Below, one piece after another: positions 41,552-56,442 of a stretch of DNA of 64,000 nt. The notes below the pieces were generated by a model. The model was not told the origin of the DNA. It saw nothing but the letters and a program-made list of their open reading frames with translations, and did not search any database. A program made the position numbers and the translations under genes. Origin of the DNA: an uncultured Chloroflexia bacterium (GTDB lineage: Bacteria > Chloroflexota > Limnocylindria > QHBO01); the NCBI GenBank assembly GCA_963838125.1, contig CAWIPT010000007.1, forward strand, positions 1,060,237 to 1,124,236, read 5' to 3'. Each line of letters opens with the position of its first letter. Position 1 is the stretch's first letter.

Positions 41552-43387
41552 TCAGGGTCGGGCGGAGCCGTCGAAGTACTGCGTCGCGAGGACCCAGGCG
41601 TCCCGACCGCAGATCGCGCCGGCGCTGCGTCCTTCGAAGTCATCGGCGGAGATGTGGATCCCCATGAACAGGCGCGACAGGCCGGCCTGGTCGGCGGCGT
41701 CGTAGTAGGTCGCCCACTGGAGGGTCACGTCCTCGGCCGGCCCTTCCTCGTGCTTCAGCTCTCCGGCCGGCGTCGTCCACTCCGACAGCCCGCCCGGGAA
41801 GTAGGGGCTGCCGGTGAATGCGGTCAGCACCTCGGCCGCCGCACGGCTGAACGTGCTGTGGCCCGAGACGTATCCCGCGAATGCCGGGGTCACGAAGGTC
41901 GACCGCTGGTACGGCACCCAGTCGACCGCGCGGATCCAGCCCACGCCGCTGGTCTCGGTCTCCGGGTCGGCCGGGAAGCCGCGCCAGGCGAGGATGGCGA
42001 TCTCCCCGACATGGTCGGCGAGATGGGCGTGGCGGGCGCCGGCGGCGCTCGACTCGGGGGTGATCACCTCCACCAGGTCGTCGACCAGCGGCAGACCCTC
42101 GGGATCGTAGGACGGACCATTCGGGTCGCTCGACTGACCCAGGCCACCCATGTACCGGATCATCGAGATTGGCCGCGCCGAGTCGTAGTAGCCCTTCAGG
42201 CCCCACGCGGCGATCGCCGCGTCGTGCACCGCCCCGTTCAGCGCCAGGTACAGCTTCACGTCCCATTCGAGCCGATCCACCTCATCCCCCTCGCCGCCGA
42301 TGCGGAAGGCAAAGCCGGGCGAGTCGGAAACGGTGTTGGCCACCACGTTCCAGTGGCCGGGCGGAGTCTCCGACCGAGGCCCGTCCGCCCAGAACTCGGC
42401 GAGGGTCCGGGCGAAGTCCGCCCGAAGCGTTCGTTCTCCTCGTACGGCGCTCCGGTGGCCGGATTCTCGGCGTACCCGTCCCCGTCGTTCGAGCCCAGGG
42501 AGTTGTTGCCCATCGAGGCGGGGCCGGTGTCGATGGTCTCCCCGTCGGTCGGGTCCAGCATGCTGCTGTATCGGATGACCTCGATCGGCGGCGTCCTTGA
42601 AGGCCTCGTCCGAGGGTCCGCCGAGGGCCGGTGGCGGGCCGGGATCGATGGGCACGCCCTCGTCGTTGGGCGGCAGCGCGAACGAGGTCACGTGACCCCA
42701 GTTCGGGCCGATGAACGTCTGGACCTGGCCCGGGATGGGCAGGCCGTTCTGCGAGACCTGGCGCTCGAGCGCCAGTGGCTGCCAGCGGCTGGGATCGGCC
42801 ATCACCGTCCCCGGCTCGGCGACGATCAGCGGCTCATTGACCGGTCGGTACGAATCGTCCACGTAGCGCTGCGCCTCGAGCGCGCCGTCGGTCGCGCCAT
42901 AGGCGATCACCGCCTCGGCGATGCGGTTGCCCAGCGCCGCCGCGTTGTCGCCCTCGGTCGTGGCGTAATCGGTGCGGTAGCAGAGGGTGGCCATGGTCTC
43001 GGCCAGCTGCTCGTCGGCCTCTTCGAGCTCGGTGACCTGGAAGTACCGCCACAGCAGAATCCGGTAGGCCGCGAAGCTGATGGCCGCTTCCCGAGCAGCG
43101 GTCACGTCCGACGCGGACTGCTTCTCCGTGACGAAGTAGCCGTCGGCCTGGTCGTCATATGCCGCCCAGGCGTCCCACATGGCGGCCGAGAGGTGGAACA
43201 GGTTCCGGGCGTGCACCGTCGGCGCGGGCACGACCTGGCGAATCAGGGCGAGAAGCTGGTCGTCCCAGATTCGGGCCGCCGAGTGGCCGTCGCGCTCCGC
43301 GGGCGCGCAGTCCTCCATGACGTAGGGGAGGTCGGCCTCGCAGGCCGGGAGTGCGACCAGCAGTCCGAACAGGACGGCCAGCACCAC
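41552..43387 (-). CDS. secreted PAP2 / vanadium-haloperoxidase-like protein with two compensating frame discontinuities (about 42425 and 42560)
   Basis: signal peptide (lipobox-like LPAC); C-terminal PAP2 motifs SGHSTF and GIHISADD. The main frame has an Arg-rich junk stretch. The alternative frame (ORF 42256..42561) reads protein-like text (DPTDGETIDTGPASMGNNSLGSNDGDGYAENPATGAPYEENE). Confidence 0.7.
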   Translation of the reverse strand: MVLAVLFGLLVALPACEADLPYVMEDCAPAERDGHSAARIWDDQLLALIRQVVPAPTVHARNLFHLSAAMWDAWAAYDDQADGYFVTEKQSASDVTAAREAAISFAAYRILLWRYFQVTELEEADEQLAETMATLCYRTDYATTEGDNAAALGNRIAEAVIAYGATDGALEAQRYVDDSYRPVNEPLIVAEPGTVMADPSRWQPLALERQVSQNGLPIPGQVQTFIGPNWGHVTSFALPPNDEGVPIDPGPPPALGGPSDEAFKDAADRGHPIQQHAGPDRRGDHRHRPRLDGQQLPGLERRGRVRRESGHRSAVRGERTLRADFARTLAEFWADGPRSETPPGHWNVVANTVSDSPGFAFRIGGEGDEVDRLEWDVKLYLALNGAVHDAAIAAWGLKGYYDSARPISMIRYMGGLGQSSDPNGPSYDPEGLPLVDDLVEVITPESSAAGARHAHLADHVGEIAILAWRGFPADPETETSGVGWIRAVDWVPYQRSTFVTPAFAGYVSGHSTFSRAAAEVLTAFTGSPYFPGGLSEWTTPAGELKHEEGPAEDVTLQWATYYDAADQAGLSRLFMGIHISADDFEGRSAGAICGRDAWVLATQYFDGSARP

Positions 43388-43591
43388 CGGGCGACGTCGT
43401 GGCAGGGGGCGTCGACGATGGTTGATGGTCTCCTCCTGGGTGGCGTGGCACGGGTGTGTTGGGCCCGGGTTTCGAGCCGGGAGGATGCGGGACGGGCTAC
43501 GGCCCCGTCAACCGGAGCCGCAGCCGCCGCCCGCTGAGGACCCGAGGCGTGTCCGGCACAATTGGCGGGTGGCGATGTGGAACCTTGACCT

Positions 43592-45247
43592 ATGAGGGCC
43601 GGCCGGATCGCTGTCGGGCTGGCGGCGACGCTCCTGGCCGCGGTGATGATTGCCATCCTCGCCGCCCGCTCAACGGACGCACCGGGTGCTGCGCTGCCCG
43701 CGCCGCGGTTCGTGGACGAGGCGGCTCCGGCCGGGATTGATCACCAGTACGACGGCGAATCTGACTTCTTCGTCGGCGGTGGCGTCGCCGCATTCGACTG
43801 CAACGGCGACGGACGGGACGAGCTCTACTTCGCCGGCGGCGAGCGGCGCGCAGCCCTGTACCGCAACGACAGCCCGCCCGGCGGCGCCCTTGCCTTCACC
43901 CACCTCCCCGACGACGAGACCGATCTCGAGCGCGTGACCGGTGCGTACCCGCTCGACATGGACAGCGACGGGAACCCCGATCTCGCCGTTCTCCGCCACG
44001 GCGCGAGCGTCCTTCTCCGTGGCCTGGGTGACTGCCGCTTTGAACGCGCGAACGAGGCCTGGGGATTCGACGGCGGCGATGCGTGGACCACGGCGTTCTC
44101 GGCGACGTGGGAGTCGACCAACGCATGGCCCACGATCGCCGTCGGCAACTATCTCGAGGAGTTCTCCGCCGACAGCGGGGCCCGCTGCTCCGACCACGAG
44201 TTGATCCGACCGGCGGATGACGGGTCTGGCTTCGGGACGAGCACGGTCCTCAGGCCGGGCTGGTGCGCGCTGTCCATGCTCTTCAGCGACTGGGATCGGT
44301 CAGGGCGGCGCGACCTGCGCGTCTCGAATGACCGCCACTACTACACCGACGCCAGCGATGGCGAGGAACAGCTGTGGCGAGTGGAGGCCGGCGAGGCTCC
44401 GCGTCTCTACACCGAGGACGAGGGCTGGCAGACCGTTCGGGTATGGGGCATGGGCATCGCCACTGCCGACCTGACCGGCGACGGGATGCCGGAGTACTAC
44501 CTCACCAGCCAGGGCGACAACAAGCTCCAGGTCCTGGCCGATGGGCCATCGGAGCCACGCTACCGAGATATCGCGCTCGAGAGTGGCGCCACCGCCAACC
44601 GGCCGTACGCCGGCGACCTCACCATGCCCTCCACCGCGTGGCACGCCCAGTTCGATGACGTGAACAACGATGGCTACCTCGACCTGTTCGTGAGCAAGGG
44701 CAACGTCGAGGCCATGCCTGACTACGCTGCCCGGGACCCGAGCAACCTGCTGCTGGGGCAGGCCGATGGGACGTTCGTCGAGGGAGCCGAGGCGGCGGGC
44801 ATCGTCAGCTACGCGCGGGCACGGGGCGCCGCCCTGGCCGACCTGAACCTGGACGGTCTTCTCGACCTGGTTGTGGTGAATCGGCGTGAGAACGTGCTCC
44901 TGTGGCGCAATGTCGGCGCCGGCGATGCCGCCGAGCCTGAGCCGATGGGCCACTGGATCGCGATCCGTCTCGAGCAGCCGGCGCCCAACTCGGATGCCAT
45001 CGGCGCGTGGATCGAGGTGCGAACCGGCGAGCGCACGGCCGCGCGCGAGGTCACGATGGGCGGCGGCCACGTCGGGGGGCAGCTGGGCTGGATCCATGCT
45101 GGCCTCGGCGGCCAGGACCGTGCCGAGGTCCGGATCCAGTGGCCGGACGGCGAGATCGGTCCGTGGATGCCGGTGACCGCCGACCAGTTTGTCGTGCTGG
45201 AACGGGGCGCCACCGCGGCTCGTATGTGGGCCCCAGAGGCGGACTGA
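43592..45247 (+). CDS. CRTAC1-family protein: FG-GAP/VCBS repeats plus C-terminal ASPIC/UnbV domain
   Basis: N-terminal signal anchor; repeated D-x-D/N-x-DG calcium-binding-like loops (DMDSDGNPDL, DLTGDGMPE, DDVNNDGYLDL, DLNLDGLLDL); C-terminal GGGHVGGQLGWIHAGLG...VRIQWPDG. Confidence 0.75.
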   Translation: MRAGRIAVGLAATLLAAVMIAILAARSTDAPGAALPAPRFVDEAAPAGIDHQYDGESDFFVGGGVAAFDCNGDGRDELYFAGGERRAALYRNDSPPGGALAFTHLPDDETDLERVTGAYPLDMDSDGNPDLAVLRHGASVLLRGLGDCRFERANEAWGFDGGDAWTTAFSATWESTNAWPTIAVGNYLEEFSADSGARCSDHELIRPADDGSGFGTSTVLRPGWCALSMLFSDWDRSGRRDLRVSNDRHYYTDASDGEEQLWRVEAGEAPRLYTEDEGWQTVRVWGMGIATADLTGDGMPEYYLTSQGDNKLQVLADGPSEPRYRDIALESGATANRPYAGDLTMPSTAWHAQFDDVNNDGYLDLFVSKGNVEAMPDYAARDPSNLLLGQADGTFVEGAEAAGIVSYARARGAALADLNLDGLLDLVVVNRRENVLLWRNVGAGDAAEPEPMGHWIAIRLEQPAPNSDAIGAWIEVRTGERTAAREVTMGGGHVGGQLGWIHAGLGGQDRAEVRIQWPDGEIGPWMPVTADQFVVLERGATAARMWAPEAD

Positions 45248-45266
45248 GGCCGGCGGCGTCCGCTGC

Positions 45267-46526
45267 CTAGGCCGGCTCGGCGGCCTCCGCCCGCTCGATC
45301 GGATCCGATGGAGCGTTCTCGCGGCGGGCCAGGATCGAGAAGGGAACGACCGCGACGCTGATCACGCCGGCGATGACGTAGGACGTCGCATAGCCGTAGA
45401 CGTCGGCTGCGCGCCCGAGCAGTGGCTGGGCCACCACTCCCCCGGCGGATCCCATGAGCGCATCAAACGACAGGACCGTCGCTCGCTGCTCGGACGGGAT
45501 GATGCCGTTGATGAACGCCTGATGCATAGGCGCGGAGAAAGCGAATGCGATGGACCAGGCGGCGAGGAGGCCGAGGGCCACGATGAAGCTCGTCGACAGA
45601 CCGAGGAGGACGAGGATGATGGCCGACAGCGCGCCGGTCAGGATCAAAGCGTCGGTGCGGCGGCGGAAGAAGCGCCGGAACCAGGGAACCAGCGCCCCGC
45701 CCACGATCTGTGCGCCGGCCACAAACGCCGCCGCCAGCCCCGCGATGCCGTAGGCGTTGGGATCCCCGTACAGCTCGAGCAGGTAGGGCTGCATGGCGTA
45801 GAAGGCGTAGATGCCGACCCCGGCGCTGAACGGTGAGGCGAGCATCAGCCAGCGGACCGGCGGATTGCGCAGTCCGCCTTCCACCGCACCACTGACGACG
45901 GTCCGAACGGCGCCGATGGCACTCACGCCACGTTGCGGGGAGAAGCCGATGTCGCGCATGAACAGGAACGCGACGACCAGGGTCACCCCGAGCATGGCGG
46001 CCCGGATGATGTAGGGCACGCCGAGGTTGGTCAGCTGGGCGACGACGCCGCCCAGGACGGATCCAGCCAGCATGGCGCCGCCGGCCACCACCTGGGCGCG
46101 GGCGAACACGGACTCCAGGTCGCCGGTGAAATCCGACGCGTGGAGCGCGTCCACCAGCCAGGCCTGCGTGGCGCCCGAGAAGAACGTGAACCCAAGCCCG
46201 AGCAGCGCCGAGGCGATGGCCCATCCCCAGAACGGCGCCTCGATGCTCCACATGAGCAGGTACAGGAGGGTCGAGACGAGGAGGGTGAATGCCCCGAGGA
46301 GGAACGAGAATCGTCGCCCGCGGGTGTCGGCCACGACGCCGGTTGGCACCTCGAAGATGACCTGGCCCAGGGTGAAGGCCGCGTTGGCCGCGAACGCCTC
46401 GGTGTTGCTGAGGCCCGCGTCGAGCAGGAACAGGGTATTGATCCCCCAGATGAACGACGCGGCGAGCGTGGTCAGGAGGGTCAGAACCAGGAAGACGCGC
46501 TGCACGACGCGTGCCTGATCGGTCAC
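45267..46526 (-). CDS. MFS transporter
   Basis: 419 aa, about 12 TM segments; MFS motif region GVVADTRGRR. Confidence 0.85.
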   Translation of the reverse strand: MTDQARVVQRVFLVLTLLTTLAASFIWGINTLFLLDAGLSNTEAFAANAAFTLGQVIFEVPTGVVADTRGRRFSFLLGAFTLLVSTLLYLLMWSIEAPFWGWAIASALLGLGFTFFSGATQAWLVDALHASDFTGDLESVFARAQVVAGGAMLAGSVLGGVVAQLTNLGVPYIIRAAMLGVTLVVAFLFMRDIGFSPQRGVSAIGAVRTVVSGAVEGGLRNPPVRWLMLASPFSAGVGIYAFYAMQPYLLELYGDPNAYGIAGLAAAFVAGAQIVGGALVPWFRRFFRRRTDALILTGALSAIILVLLGLSTSFIVALGLLAAWSIAFAFSAPMHQAFINGIIPSEQRATVLSFDALMGSAGGVVAQPLLGRAADVYGYATSYVIAGVISVAVVPFSILARRENAPSDPIERAEAAEPA

Positions 46527-46666
46527 CGCGACACGGTACCCGGTTGAAACGACGGATGCGCCTGGACCCTCGTCCCGCTCCCGAAATTGTCATCCTGCCG
46601 AGTCGGTCGCGATCGATTTTCGCGGCGCGGTTTGAGCGCACGCCGCCCATGGCTTAGCGTTGCCTG

Positions 46667-47137
46667 GTGAGCCGGGAAGCCGAGGATCTGAATCGACGTC
46701 TCCTGCGCGCCCGTGACGCCATGGACCGCGCATACGCCGAGCGGCTCGACGTCCGGGCCGTGGCCGCGGTGGCACACGTCTCGCAGGCGCATTTCATCCG
46801 CAGCTTCCGCGCGGTCTTCGGAGAGACGCCGCACCGCTACCTGCAGCGCCGCAGGGTGGAGCGGTCGATGTTCCTGCTCCGTGAGACCGACCGCGCCGTC
46901 ACCGACATCTGCTTCGACGTGGGCTTTAACAGCCTGGGCACATTCAGCCGCACGTTCCGGGACATCGTGGGCGAGGCGCCGTCGGGCTACCGTAAGGGAC
47001 ACGGGCCGATGGTCGCGCCCAACTGTTTCCAAATGGCGGGAACCCGACCGTGGGCCGCGCCCCGCCGATCCCCACGGGTCGCGACGCAATCGAGCAGTTT
47101 CGGAGAAGCGGCCGAGCCCGCGGCTGCCGTAGCGTGA
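46667..47137 (+). CDS. AraC-family transcriptional regulator (HTH-only, SoxS/Rob-like size)
   Basis: two HTH_AraC units; divergent from the MFS transporter. Confidence 0.8.
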   Translation: MSREAEDLNRRLLRARDAMDRAYAERLDVRAVAAVAHVSQAHFIRSFRAVFGETPHRYLQRRRVERSMFLLRETDRAVTDICFDVGFNSLGTFSRTFRDIVGEAPSGYRKGHGPMVAPNCFQMAGTRPWAAPRRSPRVATQSSSFGEAAEPAAAVA

Positions 47138-47170
47138 CCGAAACCCCAATAGACCTCACAGGAGACCGAC

Positions 47171-47644
47171 ATGGCTGAGAAGCGGACAGCGACCAAGGCG
47201 GCGAAAAAGCCGACCAAGCGCACCAATGACGCGACCACGAAATGGACGGACGAAGAAATCGCTGCGATGCAGGAGCACGCGAAGGAACTGAAGGCAGCCA
47301 AGGGCGGCAAGTCAGACGGCGAGAGCGACCTGCTCGCGAAGATCGCCGAGATGCCGAACTCGGATCGGGTCATGGCCGAGCAGATCCATGCGCTGGTCAA
47401 GGCCAACGCCCCGGATCTCGAGCCAAGGACCTGGTACGGGATGCCCGCGTACAGCAAGGACGGCAAGGTCCTCTGCTTCTTCACACCCGCCGCCAAGTTC
47501 AAGGAGCGCTACGCGACGTTCGGCTTCAACGCCACGGCGAATCTGGACGAAGGCGAGATGTGGCCGACGTCCTGGGCGCTGAGGAAGCTGACCCCGGCCG
47601 ACGAGGCGAAGATCGCCGAGCTCGTGAAGAAGGCGGTGATCTGA
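47171..47644 (+). CDS. DUF1801 (YdhG-like) domain protein
   Basis: Lys-rich N-terminus then a conserved YdhG-like core ([17 protein letters not shown]). Confidence 0.7.
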   Translation: MAEKRTATKAAKKPTKRTNDATTKWTDEEIAAMQEHAKELKAAKGGKSDGESDLLAKIAEMPNSDRVMAEQIHALVKANAPDLEPRTWYGMPAYSKDGKVLCFFTPAAKFKERYATFGFNATANLDEGEMWPTSWALRKLTPADEAKIAELVKKAVI

Positions 47645-48093
47645 TGACGACGAAGCTCGCCGTCACCTCGGTCAAGGTCCTCGACCAGGAGGAGGCGCTC
47701 GACTTCTACGTCAACAAGCTCGGGCTCGAGAAGGCCCAGGACATCAAACAGGGACCGTTCCGCTGGCTGACGGTTCGCTTTCCCGACAACCCCGACGTCG
47801 AGATCTTCCTGGAGGAGCCGGGCCCGCCCGTCCACGACGAAGCCACCGCCGCGCAGTTGCGCGAGCTGATCACCAAGGGGGCCATGGGCTCGCTCGTCTT
47901 CTACACGGACGACGCTCGCGGTCTGTACGAGACCCTTATGGAGCGTGGCGTCACCGACTTCACCCAGGAGCCCATCGAGCACGGCTACGGCACCGACATG
48001 GGCATCCGCGACCCATTCGGCAACGCGATCCGGATCCTCCAGCCGGCGAAGGCCATCCGGGAGGCGAAGACCGCCCCCTCAGCGACGGCCTGA
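47644..48093 (+). CDS. VOC family (glyoxalase / bleomycin resistance fold) protein
   Basis: 149 aa from ATG 47644 (TGATG overlap with the preceding gene); VOC beta-alpha-beta-beta-beta modules. Confidence 0.75.
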   Translation: MTTKLAVTSVKVLDQEEALDFYVNKLGLEKAQDIKQGPFRWLTVRFPDNPDVEIFLEEPGPPVHDEATAAQLRELITKGAMGSLVFYTDDARGLYETLMERGVTDFTQEPIEHGYGTDMGIRDPFGNAIRILQPAKAIREAKTAPSATA

Positions 48094-48108
48094 CCGATCC
48101 TGCCGAGA

Positions 48109-50466
<2,358 letters not shown>

Positions 50467-50546
50467 GGCGAGGTCGCTCGATCAGGAAACGAGGTAAAGG
50501 AGATCATCACGACTCACCTAACCATCACCGCGGCGGTCGGTACCCG

Positions 50547-51170
50547 ATGAACGCCCCCGCCCCAGTCACGATCACGCCAGTCTTCGTTGCCGACTTGCAC
50601 GTCGAGGGCGAGCGGATGCCGGTCTACGTGCACGTCATCGATCTTCCCGATGCTCGCGTGCTGGTCGACACCGGCATGACGGAGCTGCACCCCTGGCTGG
50701 CCGACATGGATCCCCGCCTCCGGCCACTGAGCGAGCAGGACTTCGATCTCGCCGGCATCGACATCGTCGTCAACACGCACCTTCACGGCGACCACTGCGG
50801 CGGCAACCACCTCTTCGCCGGCAAGCCGATCTACGTCCAGCGTCGGGAGCTCGACGACGCGCGCAGCGAGGACGACTACACCATTCGCGAGTGGGTCGAC
50901 GCGCCCGGCGTGCGGTACGTGCCGGTCGACGGCGAGCTGGAGCTGCTTCCCGGGCTCCGACTCGTCCCGGCGCCGGGCCACACCCGCGGCACGCAGGTGG
51001 TCGTCGTCGAGACTGGCGAGCGTCCGGTCGTCATCGGCGGCGACATGGCGGTGTGGTTCGGCGAGCTCGACGAGCCGCACACCGAAGGCCAGCTACTGGT
51101 GCGTGCGCTCGACCCCGAGCTGGTCTGGCTCGCGCACGAGCACGAGCCGTGGCGACCCCGCACTGGCTAA
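50547..51170 (+). CDS. MBL-fold metallo-hydrolase (lactonase-like)
   Basis: from ATG 50547 (MNAPAPVTITPVF); HxHxDH motif HLHGDHCGG. Confidence 0.8.
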   Translation: MNAPAPVTITPVFVADLHVEGERMPVYVHVIDLPDARVLVDTGMTELHPWLADMDPRLRPLSEQDFDLAGIDIVVNTHLHGDHCGGNHLFAGKPIYVQRRELDDARSEDDYTIREWVDAPGVRYVPVDGELELLPGLRLVPAPGHTRGTQVVVVETGERPVVIGGDMAVWFGELDEPHTEGQLLVRALDPELVWLAHEHEPWRPRTG

Positions 51171-51223
51171 TGCATCACGCCTGCTAGAAGTGAGACCGAT
51201 CAGGGTCGGACGCAGTAGGTGAG

Positions 51224-51298
51224 TGGCTCCGGCGGTAGGATTCGAACCTACGACCAAGCGGTTAACAGCCGCCCGCTCTACCACTGAGCTACGCCGGA
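51224..51298 (-). tRNA. tRNA-Asn (anticodon GUU)
   Basis: RC gives TCCGGCGTAGCTCAGTGGTAGAGCGGGCGGCTGTTAACCGCTTGGTCGTAGGTTCGAATCCTACCGCCGGAGCCA; anticodon loop CTGTTAA; CCA encoded. Confidence 0.9.
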
Positions 51299-51354
51299 AC
51301 GCCGGCGGATTATAGGCCGATGGGCAGCGCCGCCCGGAGAACCGGGCTTGGCCG

Positions 51355-51540
51355 TCATGCGGACTCGGCGTACTCCGCCGGATGGTCGGATCGGTCTTTC
51401 GCCTTGGTCCGCTCCATGATGTCGAGCGTTTCGGCCACCGAGCGGCCGTTCTCTTCGGCCGCCGCCTCGATGTCCTCGTAGCGGATGTTGTGCTCCCCCA
51501 TCTCGAGGTGAGCCTGCATGCAGCCACAGGTCAGGCACAT
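51355..51540 (-). CDS. hypothetical small protein with an N-terminal CxxCGC..H motif (61 aa)
   Basis: MCLTCGCMQAHLEMGEH...; coding-like composition; between sigA and tRNA-Asn. Confidence 0.45.
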   Translation of the reverse strand: MCLTCGCMQAHLEMGEHNIRYEDIEAAAEENGRSVAETLDIMERTKAKDRSDHPAEYAESA

Positions 51541-51655
51541 GGTCGTCGCCTCCGGGTGCGATGTACGACGGAAGGATGCGTCGCGCCTCGGATGACCATG
51601 GTTGCGACCCTCGGCCGAAGGCTTGCATCCGCCTCGCAGCGACGGGCCAGGCTGA

Positions 51656-51681
51656 GCCGGGCTGCTTGATGGCAGCCCGGC
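51656..51681 (-). terminator. perfect 10-bp stem / 6-nt loop hairpin (GCCGGGCTGC ttgatg GCAGCCCGGC) just downstream of the sigA stop; no U-tract
   Basis: inverted repeat read from the sequence. Confidence 0.35.
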
Positions 51682-51687
51682 ATCGGT

Positions 51688-53923
<2,236 letters not shown>

Positions 53924-53926
53924 CGG

Positions 53927-55742
53927 TCAGGATCCTCCTCGAGCCGGCACGGCCGGCGTCATCAGCAGCTTGGTGACCTCGGCCTTCTCGCGGCCGAGCT
54001 GGGTGATGTGCGTTTCAATTTGTTCGAGCAGCTCGCGGTCGCCGTCGCGTCCGGCATCCTCGAGCAGGTACCGCCCATCGCCGATCGCTTCCTCGATCCG
54101 CGCCTGGCGGAGTCGCAGTCGGCACACGCGAAGGGCATCGGCGGCCACCGCTGGGTCCAGCCGAGGCTGCGAGCCGGCGGCTTGGATGGCGGTGCGCGCC
54201 AGGTCGGCGGAGATCGGGTCGAGATCCGTCAGGAAGCCATCGACCTCCACCTGGCCGTTGTCCGACCGTGCGACCCAGGCCGCCCAGCCCTCGGCCAGGG
54301 CAGCCGCCTCCGGTCTCCCGAAGGGCAGCGGATTGGCGTCCAGGCCCGCAGTCAGTGCCAGGATGGCGGAACAGGAGCGCCAGGGTCTCGGTCTCCACCG
54401 GGTGAAGCGCCGGCGTTCCGGGCCCGACCGGCTCCCCCGGCGGTACGGCCTGTCGCTGGACACGCGGTCGGGCCAGGCCCTCCCGCAGGATTCGTTCGTC
54501 GACCTGGACGATGCGCGACAGCTCCTGGACGTAGAGGTCCTGGACGACCGCATCGGTCACCCGCTGGAGCTTGGCCAGGACGCGGCCCGCCATCTCACGG
54601 CGGCCTCCGACCGTGTTCAGGTCGACGCGCGCCGCCTCTCGCTCCATGAAGTAATCGATCAGCGGCTTCGCGTTGTCGATCGCCTCACGCCAGGCTCCAG
54701 GATCGGTTTGGAGCAGCTCGGCCGGGTCCTTGCCGGCGGGGATCCGAATGACGCGCAGCTTGGTGACATTCTGACTAGGACCGAGCTCGTCGAGCAGTCC
54801 CCGTTCGGTGGCGGCCTCGCCGGCCAGGTCGACGTCGTAGGCGAGGGTGATGGCATCGGCGTAGCGAGTGACGATCTCCACCTGGCCGCGCGTCAGCGCC
54901 GTCCCCATGGAGGCGACCACGTTCGTGAAGCCGGCCTGGTGAGCGGCCATGACGTCGGTGTAGCCCTCGACGATGACGGCCAGCTTCTCGCGCCGGATGG
55001 CGGTTCTCGCGAGATCGATGCCGTAGAGCGTGCGGCTCTTATCGAACAGAGCGGTAGCCGGCGAGTTGAGGTACTTGGGGCCCTCGCCATCCGGCATCAC
55101 CCGACCGCCAAGGCCGGTGGGCTTTCCGGTCGCGTCGCGGATGGGAATGATGATCCGGCGGCGGAATCGGTCCACCGGTCGTCCTCGCTGGCCCATGCTG
55201 GACAATCCGGCGGAGATCATCTCCTCGGACGAGAAGCCCCGCGATGCCAGGCGTGTGGCGAGGGCATCCCAGCTGTCGGGCGCGAAGCCGATGCCGAACT
55301 GCTCCAGCGTCTCCTCGGTGAAGCCACGCTCGGCGAGATACCGGCGGGCAGGCTCCGCCTGGTTGGCCTGCCGGAGCACATCGCGATACCAGCCGATGGC
55401 GGCCTCGAGCGCGTCACGCAGCCGCTTTCGGCGGCGGTCTTCCCGCGCACCGGCTGCGGACAGCTCCACCCCGGCGCGCTCGGCCAGGCGACCGAGGGCC
55501 TCGCGGAAGTCGATGCCGTCCCGCTTCATGACGAAGGTGAAGATGTCTCCGTGCTCTCCGCAACCGAAGCAGTGCCACGACTCCCGCTCGGGGCTCACCG
55601 TGAACGAGGGTGTCTTCTCACCGTGGAACGGGCACAGGCCCTTCCACGTGGATCCGGCCTTCTTCAGGACGACCGTCTCGCCCACGATCTCGGCGACGGG
55701 CAGGCGCGACTTGATCTCGGCGACCGAGCCGGGTGAGCTCAT
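53927..55742 (-). CDS. dnaG: DNA primase DnaG with a frame discontinuity near 54380-54390
   Basis: Zinc-binding CPFHGEKTPSF...CFGCG, TOPRIM (AVIVEGYTDV). The C-terminal helicase-binding domain is in the frame of ORF 53927..54553. Junction is LALLF / AILALTAG at ttccgcc. Confidence 0.9.
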
Positions 55743-55842
55743 TCGGGAGTCCTGCGCGCGAGTGCGGCGCGTGTCAAGTGATTTGTCAAGAGTTCTGTCA
55801 AGGGTCTGGACCCCATTTTAGTCCATTGTCAAGGGATCGGCC

Positions 55843-56442
55843 GTGAAAGGTACCCCGGGAGGGCGGCTGGAGTTCAAACGCTTCTGGGCTACCATCCGTG
55901 ACGTGGAGGAGAACTCGCGGAGCACCGACTTCGTCGAGCTGCACGCCGATCGTCTCTTCGGCTTCGCCATGATCGTGACCCTGGGGGACACGATCATCGC
56001 CGGCAAGCTCGCGGCGGAGGCGCTGGCGAAAGGCGTCGATCGCATCGAGCAGCTCCGCCATCCGGTGCGCGCCGCCGCGTGGCTGCGCGGTGCCGTCAGG
56101 AAAGCCGCTGGTCGTCCGGCCTGGGGCCACCGTCGGCCGGCCGACACCGAGCGCCGCGATGCGCTCCAGGCGCTGGGCGTGGACGCAGCGACGTACGACG
56201 CGCTGGCTAGCCTGGACGTCCGAGGCCGGGCGGCGGTGGCGGCGACGGCGGTTGAGGGGTTTTCCCCGGCGGACGTATTCGAGATCGTGGGCAGCGACGA
56301 GGAGGTGCGGAAGGCCCGTCGCGACTTCCTCACCGCCTACCTTGCCTCGTCGGCGACACGCGAGACCGCGCCTCCCGCAGGTGACCTTGCCTCTCGGGTG
56401 AAGTCAGTTGCGGCACCCGTGTTCGCTGGATCGAAGAAGTGA
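55843..56442 (+). CDS. ECF-type sigma factor (short, divergent)
   Basis: region 2-like FGFAMIVTLGDTIIAGKLAAEALAKG...AAAWLRGAV and region 4-like LDVRGRAAVAATAVEGFSPADVFEIVG; overlaps the downstream anti-sigma gene (TGATG). Confidence 0.55.
   Translation: MKGTPGGRLEFKRFWATIRDVEENSRSTDFVELHADRLFGFAMIVTLGDTIIAGKLAAEALAKGVDRIEQLRHPVRAAAWLRGAVRKAAGRPAWGHRRPADTERRDALQALGVDAATYDALASLDVRGRAAVAATAVEGFSPADVFEIVGSDEEVRKARRDFLTAYLASSATRETAPPAGDLASRVKSVAAPVFAGSKK

Noticed and set aside
41409-41552. GC-rich hairpin CGCCGG-cagcctc-CCGGCG followed by TTTCC between the proline dehydrogenase and haloperoxidase genes
   Set aside because: It is oriented on the plus strand, where no gene ends nearby (both neighbours are on the minus strand), so a terminator role is unsupported.
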